This document shows, one piece after another, positions 1 through 15,420 of a stretch of 64,000 nt of DNA. Within the stretch, counting starts at the first letter, position 1, and each line of letters opens with the position of its first letter. The stretch is from Octopus vulgaris. Taxonomy: Eukaryota. The stretch covers positions 93,310,001 through 93,374,000 of the forward strand of contig OX597823.1 of assembly GCA_951406725.2 (NCBI GenBank), read 5' to 3'. The notes under the pieces were generated by a model. The model was not told the DNA's origin. It saw only the letters and a list, made by a program, of their open reading frames with translations, and searched no databases. A program made the position numbers and the translations under genes.

Positions 1-276
1 AAGAGAACCTACCTAAACAAGTTTAGGGGTGGCTGTTCCGGGGTTCGGTCCCGCCGCATGGCACGTTCCACAAGTGTCTTCCAAGAACCACCTTACAAGT
101 GTCTTGTAAGGTGGATCTTGCTAAATGCTTTCCGGGTTCTTGTTTAATGGTGGTTTCGTTGTTTACATCATGGCTTCCACGTATAATTATATTCCGTTGG
201 GATTCCATTTGTGTCTAGGGGAATAATTAAGGGTTTTCATTTTAAGGGAGTTTTTTTTTTTTTTATAATATTTAAC

Positions 277-842
277 TGGCACTCTGTCATTCAGGACGAC
301 AATGGTTCCAGTTGATTCGAGCAACGGAATAGTTTGCTCGTGAAAATAAACGTGCAAGTGGCTGAGCATTCCACAGACACAAGTACCTGGAGGCAGACGA
401 AATACCTATTTCTTTACTACCCACAAGGGGCTAAACACAGAGGGGACAAACAAGGAGACACACGGATTAAGTCAATTATAACGACACCAGTGCGTAATTG
501 GTATTTATTTAATTGACCCTGGAAGAATGACAGGCAAAGTCGACCTCGGCGGAATTTGAACTCAGAACGTAGCAGCATACGAAATAACGCTAAGCATTTT
601 GCCCGGCATGCTAAAGTTTCTGCCAGCTCTCCACAGACACAAGTATCAGTAACTTAATTCTGAGGGAGATTAAGGCTCACATAGAATGTGACAAGGCTGG
701 GCCGTTTCAAATACAGACAGAAATCATTTTTGCCAGCTGAATGAAATAAAGTACCTCGCTCAAGGATAAAACCTGCTACCGTGAATCAATCACATGACTT
801 CACCATCGAAAGCCAAACTCATAACAATTAAGCTATGCACCT
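277..842 (-). mobile_element. tRNA-derived SINE family A (OR-like), old copy interrupted by a family M SINE at 386-629
   Basis: Shares 3' half (gctcgtgaaa..gtgcaagtggctgagca.tccacagacac..gtgacaaggctgg) with copies at 1395, 31661, 32264 and 32938. Confidence 0.8.
386..629 (-). mobile_element. tRNA-derived SINE family M (MetaSINE-like central domain) with 16-bp TSD
   Basis: Minus strand reads gagctggcagaaac..gagttcaaattccgccgaggtcgac..; flanked by the direct repeat tccacagacacaagta at 370-385 and 630-645. Confidence 0.9.
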
Positions 843-1394
843 TTTAAAACAATATCTCAATCATATACAGTGTATCCTATTGAATGCAATACCGCAAAAA
901 TGCCAAACCCGCTACATGTTAAAAGCGCAGCTAACAACACCGCATTTATTCCAAAATGATGACACTTTGAATTAGAAAAAGCAGATTCTGATTAGAAAGA
1001 AAGCACATTTAAATGTTTTGGATAGAACAATATGAAAGGCCGCTACTTGCTGCATTGGAATTTTACGATGCTTCTTGTTAACTTAAATCAAATTGCATAA
1101 TATCAAAGTCATCCTGCTGAATTCTATCCCGCTATTCCTGAATGTTTTTCTTTAAAACCTCGAAAATCCGAAGAAAGCAGGTTAACTGATGTCAATATAA
1201 TCATCATAGTGAATTCAAAGAAATTTTTATTACTGCAAACAACTATTTTTAAAGTATAAAAAAGCTCTGAATATTTTGTGCATGAAGTGAATTTGTCATC
1301 GAATGAGAGTAGAATGGAGCGTGAAACTTGTGTTAATCTCTCGATTTGATTTTGTCTATGAAGACAATATGACGAAGCCATACATTAAATATCG

Positions 1395-1739
1395 TGGCAT
1401 ACCGTCGGTAACTGCCTGCTCGTGAAATTAATGTGTAAGTGGCTGAGCACTCCACAGTCACGTGTACCCTTAACGTAGATCTCAAGATGATTCAGCGTGA
1501 CACAGAGTATGACAAAGCTGACCCTTCGAAATACAGGTACAACAGAAACAGGAAGGAAGAGTGAGAGAAAGTTGTTGAGAAAGAGTACAGCAGGGTTCGC
1601 CACCACCACCTGCAAAATCTTCGTGGGGCTTTAGGTATTTTCGCTCAATAAACACTCTCAACGGTCGGTCTGGGAATCGAAATCACGATCCTAAGACCGT
1701 GAGTCCGCTGCCCTAACCACTGGGCCATTGCGCCTCCAC
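1395..1739 (-). mobile_element. tRNA-derived SINE family A (OR-like), near full length
   Basis: Head gtggaggcgcaatggcccagtggttagggcagcggactc..tttcgattcccagac with Pol III A/B-box-like motifs; colinear with 31661-32024. Confidence 0.85.
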
Positions 1740-1774
1740 ATAAACTAAGAATGGACATACTCTGCTAAGGCTTA

Positions 1775-2567
1775 CACAAATCTGTTTTCCGGGAGCTGCA
1801 CAGAGCCGGATTTCACAGGAGAGCTGCATTCAGAAAATCACTACTTTCAAAAACAAACGTTGCAAAGCGTTTAGAGTGGAGTAACAACCTACAGAATTGG
1901 TCCCTAGAGCAGTAGAAGAATATCATTTTCTCGGATGAGTTATCCTTTACCCTATTTCTGACCTCCAGCCTAGTATACGTGTGGAGACAGTCAAAAGTAA
2001 ACATTTGATCCATACCGCCTTCTTTCAACTGTTAAATATGGAGGAGAATATGTGATAATCTGATGGGGGGAGGCTATACCGTGGAAATACGCGGGCCCAA
2101 TGATTTCCCTTCATGGCAGAATTAATACACAAGACTATTTAAGTATTTTATCTGATCAAGTTTATCCTATGTTTACGGAACTCTTTCCGGAGAGAAACGC
2201 AATCTTCAGGATGATAATGCACCACTTCACACAGCCAATGTTGTTACTGAATGGCACAAGGAACATTCTAGTGAAGTTGAACATCTTATCTGACCACCAC
2301 AGTTCCCAGAACTCAATGTTATTGAACATTTATGGTGCATTATAGAAAAACAAATAAGGAGTCGATATCCTCCACCTTCAACACTACAAGAACTGGAAAT
2401 TTTTAGCTGAATAATGGACAAAAATTCTTTTGGAAACAATTGTAACTTTGTACGATCCATATCTCGTAGAATTCATGCTGCAATTACTGCCAAAGGCGGT
2501 CCTACCTCATATTAAAATAAATTTGTTTGAAATTTTAAGGTGTTTCCATTATTTTGCCTAATCCCTG
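1775..2567 (+). mobile_element. Tc1-family DNA transposon relic (5'-truncated transposase pseudogene plus right TIR)
   Basis: Frameshifted motifs RELHRAGF, IIFSDE, QDDNAPLHTA, PPQFPELNVIEHLW, AKGGPTSY*; ends ..aatccctg|TA at 2567. Confidence 0.9.
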
Positions 2568-2874
2568 TATATATGTATATGATTGTTTCTACACTTGTAT
2601 TACCATTAACAGACGACGTTCTTCTAGTTAAAGGGATACAATTAACATACAACTATTTACAGAGTTAAGAAACGTAGATAAATCTGAACAGACCCGCTTA
2701 ATTTGCGGAATTTTTTATATGCTGATAAAATGAGTGAATCATTAGTTAATTAATTACTTATTTAATTAGTTAATTGATTAATTAAATAATTAATGTTGGG
2801 ATCCACACATTTTAGATACTCCGAGATGTGAGATAGATCTGATATTCTACAAAATGTGAACACGATATCTTTTG

Positions 2875-3255
2875 TCTCTTGTTTGCTTCAGCTAGTAGAT
2901 TGCGACCTTGCTGGAGCACTGCCTTGAAGAGTTTATACTTGAATGAATCGAACTAGATCTTATTTTTTTTAAAGCCTGGTACTTATTCTATCGGTTCTCT
3001 GTGGCCGAAACGCTGAGGGACGTGGACGTCCGCACACAAACACCGCTTGTCAAGCATTGGTGGAGAGGAGCCCTGAAACGAACACACACATCGTGGGCGC
3101 GCGTGTATCTGGATCTATCAGTTTCCATGAACATACTCCTATCACAAGGCTTCAATCAGGCCGCGGCTTTAGTAGAAAGCATTTGCCCAACGTACCACAC
3201 AATGGGACTGAACACGGAACCATGTGTTGAGAAGCAAACGTCTTACCACAGAGCC
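2875..3255 (-). mobile_element. tRNA-derived SINE family B, diverged copy
   Basis: Colinear with the cleaner copy at 62901-63322. Confidence 0.75.
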
Positions 3256-3717
3256 TATATACAAGATATTCATATATGGAAGTTTGTACGTGTGTATATA
3301 CATACAGCGTGATATCCCAAAATTTTTCATGTATTCTTTTCTATGACTTGGTCAGAGTAAAACACTACCATCACAGTTGCTATTTCCTTTTCTACATTCT
3401 CTCTGAATACACACGTCTTAGGGTGCTCTTTCTATAGTCTTGAACATACAAGGTTGAAATGTTCGTAAAATATTTTGTCATCTCCTTGTAGATAAATGAA
3501 GAGTCAACCATTTTAGAAAAGTGCTTTACAGTATCAATTCCAATGAAAAATCGAAAAGCAAACAGAATGATATGTTGTTACTTGCTGCTGGCAAACAGCT
3601 AATTGTAACTGTTTCTCGGATTAACGATGGAGATATTAATATGGCTTCTGTTTATGTGTCAAAATACTCTTTTCACCGCTAGAGAGTGCAACGGTTTTCA
3701 AAAATGTTCGCTGTTCC

Positions 3718-3789
3718 ATATTCTTCTAAGAATGCGGATAATGAATATATAATTATATATATTCATTATCCGCATTCTTAGAAGAATAT
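3718..3789. repeat. Perfect inverted repeat, 34-bp arms, 4-nt loop
   Basis: atattcttctaagaatgcggataatgaatatata / atta / exact reverse complement. Confidence 0.97.
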
Positions 3790-4478
3790 ACAATTATATA
3801 TATGAATTGTGTGTGTGCGTGTGTGAGGGTTTTTTTCTTTTGTCTTTAATTATTTAAATTCTTCATATGAAGAGGGAGCTGGTTTCTAACAAAGATACAA
3901 AGCTCCATTTTTTTAATGCTGATAACGAAAACAATGTCAGTTTAAACCCGAGAAAAGTTTTACATGATTTTACTGTTCCGATTGCAGAAGGTATTTGAAT
4001 ACGCGAGTATTCTGACTGGCATATTCTTACAAAACGAAGAGAATTTGTTTACAAAACCATTTGTAATACGGATATAAAAGTTGTAAATATCGAAGTAGCT
4101 GTCCATAATTATCTTACTTTTCTTTGATTTTCGAAGGGATTTTCGCATAAAGAGGACAAATTTTTTCTTGGCTGTCCCAAACAACAATAACCGGACTATT
4201 ATGCTTACACTTTACTGATGTTTACAGGGAAAATTTCTATTACTATTTTTTGTGCTATTTGTGTACGTATTCAAAAAGGGCGGAATTCTCTATATCTATT
4301 CCAGGAGAGTTTTTCCCGAATGGCATTTTATATTGTTTTTGCGACCAGATCATGTTGCAAAGGCAGGTAGTAGCTTCATGACAATTTTGGGCAGCTTCTA
4401 ATTACATGAGTGATATCTTCCATATAATAAAGGGACACATGTCATTCTGTCTCTAGATTATATGTTAATATTTTGGCG

Positions 4479-4551
4479 TAGCCACTGATGAGAACTTCGC
4501 CTAGCATATTATTATATTTGCTAATTAGTATTAGAAATCTAGGTATGGCTG
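4479..4551 (+). ncRNA. Type I hammerhead ribozyme-like motif (probably Penelope pLTR-derived, partly decayed)
   Basis: Helix I uagcca/uggcug, core CUGAUGA (4485-4491), GAAA (4534-4537), palindromic loop CUAG, GUA triplet; base of helix II mismatched. Confidence 0.6.
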
Positions 4552-4826
4552 TAAAAAAAAACACAAGGTAAAGGTTTTTATTTTTCATTCCCTTCGTAAT
4601 TGCTCTTAAATGTGGTTTTGATCGTTTTGACTGCTACTTCCAGATTGTAAGGCTGCCTGTTACGGGTCGCCTCTTATGTGTTTAAATGTGCACTAATTTT
4701 ATATGCATATATAGGTATATATTTATTGCATCTATGATATAATTTATGTAATATACATCACACATCCTATATTACATAATATACAAGCGTAAATATATAT
4801 TTATACACAGATATAGGTTTGTATAT

Positions 4827-4883
<57 letters not shown>

Positions 4884-4933
4884 TATACATATTGAACATA
4901 TTCAAAGGAATCTTAATTATATTTTATATACAT

Positions 4934-4989
<56 letters not shown>

Positions 4990-5461
4990 GTGCGTGTTTG
5001 TGTCTTTGTGTATACCTACATATGTATATACTTGTATGTATACATGTATGTATCCATAGTTACACGCAAATATATAAATATATCATATTTATACAATATA
5101 TCCTTATTCGCGAATTTATTTAATATTACTTCTCAAGAAATATATTTTCCAGAGATATCATCGCAATATTTTCAACCATTATAGGAGAATCGTTCTACAA
5201 CGACAACAATATTAACACTCCTAATACAGAAAGAAAATTAGCAATAACTAACAACCATTAGGAAAAAAATGAATGATAAATAAATTTCGTGATGGACAAA
5301 TTAATGATACATTTAGGTTTTTTGTAAATAACCAAGACATAAGTTTTTAATTCTCTAAGTTAGGACTACCTGTAGACGCATACATATACGCGTGTATGTG
5401 AGCAAGCGAGCGTGTATGTTTGTCTATAAACTTCACCCTATACACACTCACCCATATGTAC

Positions 5462-5518
<57 letters not shown>

Positions 5519-5557
5519 TATGCAGAGCTGTACCTATACACACTCACCCATATGTAC

Positions 5558-5598
<41 letters not shown>

Positions 5599-5699
5599 GA
5601 GAGAGAGAGAGAGCTGTATATAGAATTGAAGTGGTGAGGCGAAACAAATTCCATTAGATAAGGAACTGACATTTCAATAAACGGAATATTGTTTAACAT

Positions 5700-5947
5700 T
5701 TATGATGATGGTGATGATGATGAGGATGGTGACGACGATGGCAATGATGGTTGTGGTGGTGGTGGTGGTGGTGATGATTTTGATGATGGTGGAGAAGGAG
5801 GTGTAGGACCATAATTCTATCAGTGACAGTGATAAGTCGACGATGACGACGGTGACGACGACGGCGACTACAATGATGGCTGTGATGATGATGACAATGA
5901 TGATGACGATGGTGATGATGATGACGACGCCGACGACGATGATGATA

Positions 5948-5986
<39 letters not shown>

Positions 5987-6636
5987 AGGAGGAGGAAATG
6001 GGTTTCTGAATGGTGGGGAAGGCTGGGTGTGGTGGAGCAAATGCATCTGTATACAATTTTTTAAATACTGGAGATTCAGAAGTGGAAGAAATAAGAAAAA
6101 AATTAGATAAAATTTTTAAACAAATATAAAAAAAAATAGTAAAACAACAACAACAACAACAACAAATGAAATTGGCAAAAGTAGTTAATGGAACAAGATA
6201 TAAAGGCTGAATGATTTAGGATGTCAAAAATTATGATAAATGTTGAAAATTGAGGGGAAAAAAATAAAATATTTTTCATAACTTTTCCATAATTTCAACG
6301 TTCTAATTTACAAGTTTCTCATGAAAATACGTGGATGAAAGACATCTCAGAAACTGTGATATATATTAACGAAAAATTCTCAATAATCCAAACTGATGAA
6401 GAAATTTTCTTAAGTTGAAGTAATTGGTTTTCAGACAAACTTTCAAGTGATTGTTATCATATTTGTTTTGTTTTTATTTTCTGGTGTTTTTTAATGCTTC
6501 TGTATTATACGAGTTACATAATTTTTATATATATATATATTTATTTATTTTGTTTTTGTACAAGTTTCTATACAAAAACGAAATTTCTATATAGTTTTAT
6601 ATGATTTTTTTAAATATTTCCCTTTCTGAGGCTCGC

Positions 6637-6700
<64 letters not shown>

Positions 6701-6982
6701 ATCTCTCTCCCCCTCTGTCATTCTTTTCCCTCTCTCCTTCTCTCTCTTTCTCTCCCACTCTCTCATTCTTGTCTCACTTTCTCTCTTTCTCTCTCTTCCT
6801 TTCTCTCTTTCTCTCTCTTCCTTTCTCTCTTTCTCTCTCTTCCTTTCTCTTTCTGTGTTTCTTTGATTTTGGATTGTTTATAATAAAATATTTAACAAAA
6901 AATATCTGTAATTCCTATTTTCAGTTATGTCTTATGATTATTATCATTCATAATAAATAATAATAATAATAATAATAATTAA

Positions 6983-7080
<98 letters not shown>

Positions 7081-7083
7081 TAT

Positions 7084-7158
<75 letters not shown>

Positions 7159-7181
7159 TGATGATGATAGTAATAATAATA

Positions 7182-7224
<43 letters not shown>

Positions 7225-7244
7225 TGATGATAGTAATAATAATA

Positions 7245-7290
<46 letters not shown>

Positions 7291-7298
7291 TGATGATG

Positions 7299-7371
<73 letters not shown>

Positions 7372-7403
7372 TGATGATGATGATGATGATAGTAATAATA
7401 ATA

Positions 7404-7449
<46 letters not shown>

Positions 7450-7499
7450 TAATAATAATAATAATAATAATGATGATGATGATGATGATAGTAATAATA

Positions 7500-7563
<64 letters not shown>

Positions 7564-7917
7564 TAATAATAATAATGATAATAATAATGATAATAATAAT
7601 GATGATGATGATGATAATAATAGTAATAATAGTAGCAATAATGTCGTTGGTGGTGTTGATTACAATATTAATAGAAATAATATGATGGTAATAATAGTTG
7701 TTAATGATTTATCCATTTGCCATGAGACTAACACACAGAAATCAAAATCATTTAAAAGAAAGTGATGAAGAATTATTCAAGATTAAGACTGTACATAAAT
7801 CAGCTATTTGCCAAAAAATAAAGTTTGTGTGAAATGACAGCAGCAACAACTATATGATGATGTTGATGATCATGATGGTGTTGTTGGTGGTGGTGGTGGT
7901 GGTGGTGGTGGTGGTGC

Positions 7918-7963
<46 letters not shown>

Positions 7964-8105
7964 GATAATGATGATGCTGATGATGATGATGAGGAGGAGG
8001 GGGAGGAGGAGGAGGATGACAATGATAGAGGTGGTGGTGGTGGTGGTTTAGATGATAATGATGATGATGGTTGTGGTGGTGGGGTGACGTTGATGATGAT
8101 GATGA
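5700..8105. repeat. Microsatellite block: (GAT/GGT/GAC)n 5700-5990, (CT)n 6640-6850, compound (AAT/GAT/ACT)n 6950-7640, (GAT/GGT/GAG)n 7854-8105
   Basis: Directly visible. Confidence 0.95.
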
Positions 8106-10828
8106 TATTTTCTTTAATGAAATGCCAAAGCAAAGTGTTATGTGAAGACAAAAAAATTACCACACTCCCACCACCACCACCGCCGCCGTTACTACTGCTG
8201 CTAACTCTAACGCCACCACTTCTACTACAAGAAACACCATGGTCATCACCCAAAGCGACGCCACAAAACTGAAATGCTTCGCAACAGCGGCCGTAAATAT
8301 CATACGGTTTTCTCAGTCGGACAAAACACTAATTTTTGAAAAAAGTCAAACTTAAACTTTGCGAAGTGCTGCTTCAAGCATAACTGGACTGTTATTAGAA
8401 ATGGCTTCCAGGCGACCAATACTTTACAGATGTTTGCTATTGATAATCGGCGTCGGGAAACTGTCACTCATGTTCAAGTGAGAATAGGCATGAAGTGTGA
8501 TCTGATATAAATCTCAACATTAGCTGTCAGACAATTCGACGCTATCGAAGCGAGGTTCATATACGCATCCTTTAAAACAGAAAATTGTCTTTTTTCCGAC
8601 TGATGTGGGAAGAGAGAGAGACGAAAGAGGGCTAGTGAAGGTGAAAATATTTAGCGTTCCACCAGAGGTGGTTTCTCTTGGGATGTAATGAGTATCGTTC
8701 TAGAAGGTATTGGTACAATCATGGAAGTATAGGAAGTATATATCGAAAGTAGAGTCGATCTGGAATAAGACTAAATGTTCGATTTCAGGTGAAACTGGAA
8801 CACCGGAATAGAAACCAATCTGGAATCGAATTCAGCTACGAATGGAGCAGAACATCATGTCATGTCGTTAGGGTATAAGACATAGGTGTTATATATGTGG
8901 TGACGGGAAGAACCTGAGTGATTTCTGCCCTTTACAGGAAGAAAAATTACGGATGACAGTCTTGCTTCTAACAGCACAGATATAACGACTACAGCACCAC
9001 CAAGAACAGCGTGAAAGTTGTACGAGCACGAGCAGTAACAGCGACTTCAAGAATGAATCCAACAAAAGAAACAAAATAGCAAAAGCTACAGCAACAACAC
9101 CAGGAAGAGCATACCGCTCCCAAAAGACCCCAAGCGATATAATAGCAACTATCACAACAACAGCAAAACTATCTTAAACATTAATAAATGAATTCTCCAA
9201 TCATGTTTCAACAATCCAATATATGATTCTGCTGCCTGTAGCTAAAGGCAGACATATATTATACCGAGAACGGGAAAAGGAAAACTGCCTTAGAGAAAGG
9301 GAAATATACAAAACAAATCTGCCCAGAGGAAATGATGACAGATTCGAAGAAAGAGACTAAAAGGAGTAAACATCGTCACAAACTCCAGCATCACTAGCAC
9401 TAGAGATAACATCAGTGCTACAAACATTACAAAATATCCAAGCCCAAAGAAGAACAACATCTGGAAAGCACCAGCCTATATAGCCACCTTTACAAATGCA
9501 TTCTTACGGTCACACTCTGCTTTTGCATCATTATTGAACCCCCTTAGCTTATAGTAACCATTTTTGTCCACTTCTCTACACATTTTGTCTTTGCAGTATG
9601 ACTGGATTTTATCAAAATTTATCTTTGTCAAAGAATCGAATTAGCTATAATCAGTAATAATTAGTAATTCACTATCTCATTTCAGGTTTCTATCTCTGAA
9701 TAATAGCCAACGTTCCTCAAAGAAGCATTTTTATTTCAGAAAATTAATATCTTGTGGTACTTACAATATTCCTGATCTTTAATGCTATTTTTGTAGTTCT
9801 GAGCAGCAGCGAAATTAGTTTCTTCCGAAATCTTTTTGAGAATATCCTACCTCTTAGATATTGTGGGAGTTTCGAACGACATTTTAAAGATGTAGATGAA
9901 AAGCATCGATTTATCAAAAGAGAATCCCGAAGTACTATTAATAACGGAAAACGACAGTTTAGGGCGGTTGCGACTTTAACCGGTCGGCTAAAGACAGTAA
10001 ATTTAGATGTGCTCGCTCTGCCTGGATGAGAACGAGTGATGGTGTGTTTGCATATTGTTGCTGAATGTGACTTTTCCGCTGTAAGAGCCTGCAGAGATGC
10101 GATTAGTGTTTTAGTCGCGCCGGTTGAAGTTGAGAAAGTGTGGCTCATTGATTTTCGAATTAACTCTACAGTAAATTCAGCTCAGCCGAGCCTCAGCTTC
10201 ATGCTTGCTGAGATACGAAAGGGTTTGGGACTCCCTCGCTTAGTTTCTAATTATTGAGATTTGTCGGAACGTTTTCACTACATATTTGGATAGATATAGC
10301 TACTAACCAAGTGTATCGGGAAAAACAGTCCATGAATGCTTAGCAGTTTTCCTCTACTCGCAGGTTATAACTTTCGTTACATATAACGGTATAGATGGGG
10401 AGAAGGTACATAAAAGACTGAAGACTAACATATTCGGCCGAAATCACATCGACTGTTTCAAGTTTTGCATACACATAAAGGTAGGATTGCAGAGGGAAAT
10501 TCATTTGCCAAATACACTCATTGAAATATGTGTGTCAAAAGTAAACATGTTACGAGTAAACTACCAAACTTTCAACATGCACATGTAAATCGGGAAAACG
10601 AACGACCAGAGAAGGAACAGATTTTCAATACGTTTTTTAATTGGTTCTTGGCAGCTTTGAGGCGCATTCAGGAATATAGCGTAATGCAATTGATACTTCG
10701 TGTAATTGTTGCTCTTACACATTTTACGTAACTCTCAGCCCTATTTTATCTTCCCTTGACTGAGCCCCTGTAGCTAATAAACACGTAATTATTATTCTTA
10801 AATTTTTTATTATTACTTTTTTCTTTAG

Positions 10829-11360
10829 TAAGAGAGTAGCACATGTATTTAAAGTGACGCTGGGGTACAAATGTATGAAACCCCATTACCCTTCATGACT
10901 ACCTGTCGGATAAGGGTATAGCGGGCAAATGCATCAGGACCATATGTACGTGATATGGTGATCTCATATTGAGATAAACAGCGCATGATTTGCAGTTGGG
11001 GCCCAGTTAGAATTTTCTTCAGGCCAAATAGTCCATCCTGCTCAAAAGGTTCCTGAATAAGAGCTGCTAATGGATGAAGAATGCAACACCTATCTTCCCA
11101 AAGATGGATCATTTAAACCCCAAAGAATTCCTCTCAGCGCATGGCTATTATGCTCCCGCACTACTTCTGCTCGTGTAATCAGAGATGCACATATTGCCAA
11201 CCAGTGAGGGATATCTTTAAGGCCCAGCAACTTACAAGTAAATTTGTGGTTTTGAGTTGAATATTTGCTGCCCAAACAATTTACACTAAGACAAGCCATA
11301 ACACTTCCAATCAGCTAAGATCAGAAGCCATAAATCCCTCTGTATGGAATTGCATCAGGG
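10829..11360 (-). mobile_element. Non-coding interspersed element family C (~520 bp); strand inferred
   Basis: Colinear with 48454-48964 (e.g. atggtgatctcat, ggggcccagttagaattttcttc, cactacttctgctc). Confidence 0.8.
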
Positions 11361-11529
11361 TATATATTATATTATTAGTATCATTTGCATAGTGTTCACC
11401 TTGTTAGTACTAAGTCGTTTAATTCAATTTTTTATAACTTTATCAAGTTATGTAATCTCAAAGATACACTACTTTACTTAGGATATTTGCTATTAGCTAA
11501 AGTTTTCTTTTGCAATACCGTACTGGGTA

Positions 11530-11718
11530 GGTGGCGAACTGGTAGAATCGTTAGCACGCCGGGTGAAATGCTTAGCGATAGTCTGTCGGTCTTTATGTTC
11601 TGAGTTCAAATTCCGCCGCGGTCGAATTTGCCTTTCATTCTTTCGGGTTCGATAAATTAAGTACCAGTTTATGTATATATATGTATCGTATATATTATAC
11701 ACGCACACACACACACAC

Positions 11719-11768
<50 letters not shown>

Positions 11769-11873
11769 ATAGATACACACACATACATATATACATATAC
11801 ATACTGAGGTCGATCTAATCGACTGGCCCTTTCCACCATAATTTCGGGTCTCGTGCCTATAGTAGAAAAGAAT
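11530..11873 (+). mobile_element. SINE family M (older tail type) split by an internal (TA)/(CA)/(TG) microsatellite at ~11670-11800
   Basis: Head and body at 11530-11669; resumes tactgaggtcgatctaatcgac..gtgcctatagtagaaaag at 11802. Confidence 0.85.
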
Positions 11874-11959
11874 ATCGTAATACTGTGACAGATTGTTTTA
11901 TAACAAGATCTTCCTTAAATCTTTTCGGCTGCTATTTAATCATTATCAGTGCCACTATT

Positions 11960-12990
11960 CTTTTCATATTCCACATTCTTATTTTTTTCATATTTTTTTC
12001 ATATTCCAAATTCTTTTCTTCCCAATCCTAAATATTTTATGATTTTCTCTTTTCTTTTAGTGTTGAGAAGATGGTTTTCTGGGGAAGCGACATCGTTCTA
12101 CAAATATCTCTTTACGGTATCTTTCTCCACCAAACTTATATCTGGCCTTGTATGTTCGATATATCCGTCTGGATTGTAAAGTCCCATAAGAGTTTCGGTC
12201 TGATTTTCTTGGACGTTCTCTGGTTTGAGCTAATACCATTTCTCAGTGGTTGGAAACTTATATTTCTTGCAAAAACACCAGTGAAGGTTTTAGCATAAGT
12301 AATTGTAGCGCCATTATTCCCTCTCAGTGCAAACGTGTCATAGGGATTCACAACTTGTGTCACATATTCCACCTTCTTTACACATAACCTACACATATTT
12401 ATTGGGTTATCCTGAAAGTCCGTGCTGATTTTTAAAGGAAAGAAAAAGGTCAATAAATACTCGTCATTACATTTTTAATCAACCAAATATGAACCATTTT
12501 GTTGCACAATGCGTCTCCACCTTTCCTTTAACTTGAAAATACCCTCTTCTCGGAATTGAAGGTGGTTTGGTGGCAAAGAATTCATCAAGGTATCTTTTTA
12601 CGTCATCCAAGGAATTGAAATTTTTTCCATTAAGACTATTCTGCAGAGATCTGGATAAATGGGAATCCGAAGGAGCAATATCTGGTGAATATGGAGGGTG
12701 GGGTAACACATCTTATCTTCCATTTTAAAGGGTTACAGAAGTAACACAGGTCATAGGAACATAAACGTTCTTCCACAAAAAGATAGCTTAAACTGTGGTC
12801 TAGATTGAGGTGTAGTGAAATCCTATTTTATGGACTCAACCATGTTCTAAAATAAGTCGAAATGTAAGCTACTATAAATCGGCACGAACTTTACGGACAA
12901 CCGAATATTTCATCTGGGTTATACACATTTTTTATCAGAATATCATGTTTAAGGCTTGATCCTCAGCAGCCATCAACAATTTCTCTGTCA
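11960..12990 (-). pseudogene. R4/Dong non-LTR retrotransposon C-terminal relic (zinc knuckle plus REL endonuclease), interrupted by a mariner
   Basis: Across frameshifts: TEKLLMAAEDQAL..[mariner]..MCRLC..LHWCFCKKY..KWY..KLLWDFTIQTD..EHTRPDI..KEKIIKY; homologous to the C-terminus of the 42943-44766 ORF. Confidence 0.8.
12402..12905 (-). mobile_element. Internally deleted mariner with both TIRs and TA TSD
   Basis: TIRs ttgggttatcctgaaagtccgtgctgattt / ttcggttgtccgtaaagttcgtgccgattt; TA at 12400 and 12906; start MEDK joined to LPHPPYSPDIAPSD. Confidence 0.9.
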
Positions 12991-13209
12991 GTCTGTCTGT
13001 CTGTCTGCCTCTCTCTCTCTCTCTCTCTCTCATAATATCTATGAAGGTTCTAATATTATTTCCTTCCTTTGTCTTTCGAATTGACCCTTCCTCGCGCCCA
13101 GTTCCTGAGCTAGCAACCTCTGGTTGTAATTTTATTTACTTTCACCATATTCAATGCATATGCCTCTGCTTTTGGCAACATACATTAAAAGGTCTCTACG
13201 GCTGGCCAA

Positions 13210-15420
<2,211 letters not shown>

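Noticed and set aside
1670-1739. tRNA gene
   Set aside because: tRNA-like head of a SINE that continues into the SINE body; the same applies to the family B and M heads
2740-2795. AT-only quasi-palindromes (ttaattaa runs), and an 11-bp hairpin at 51385-51409
   Set aside because: Short or low-complexity; plausible by chance in AT-rich DNA
13050-13210. Possible LINE 3' UTR before (TTA)n
   Set aside because: Single copy in the window with no coding remnant to anchor it
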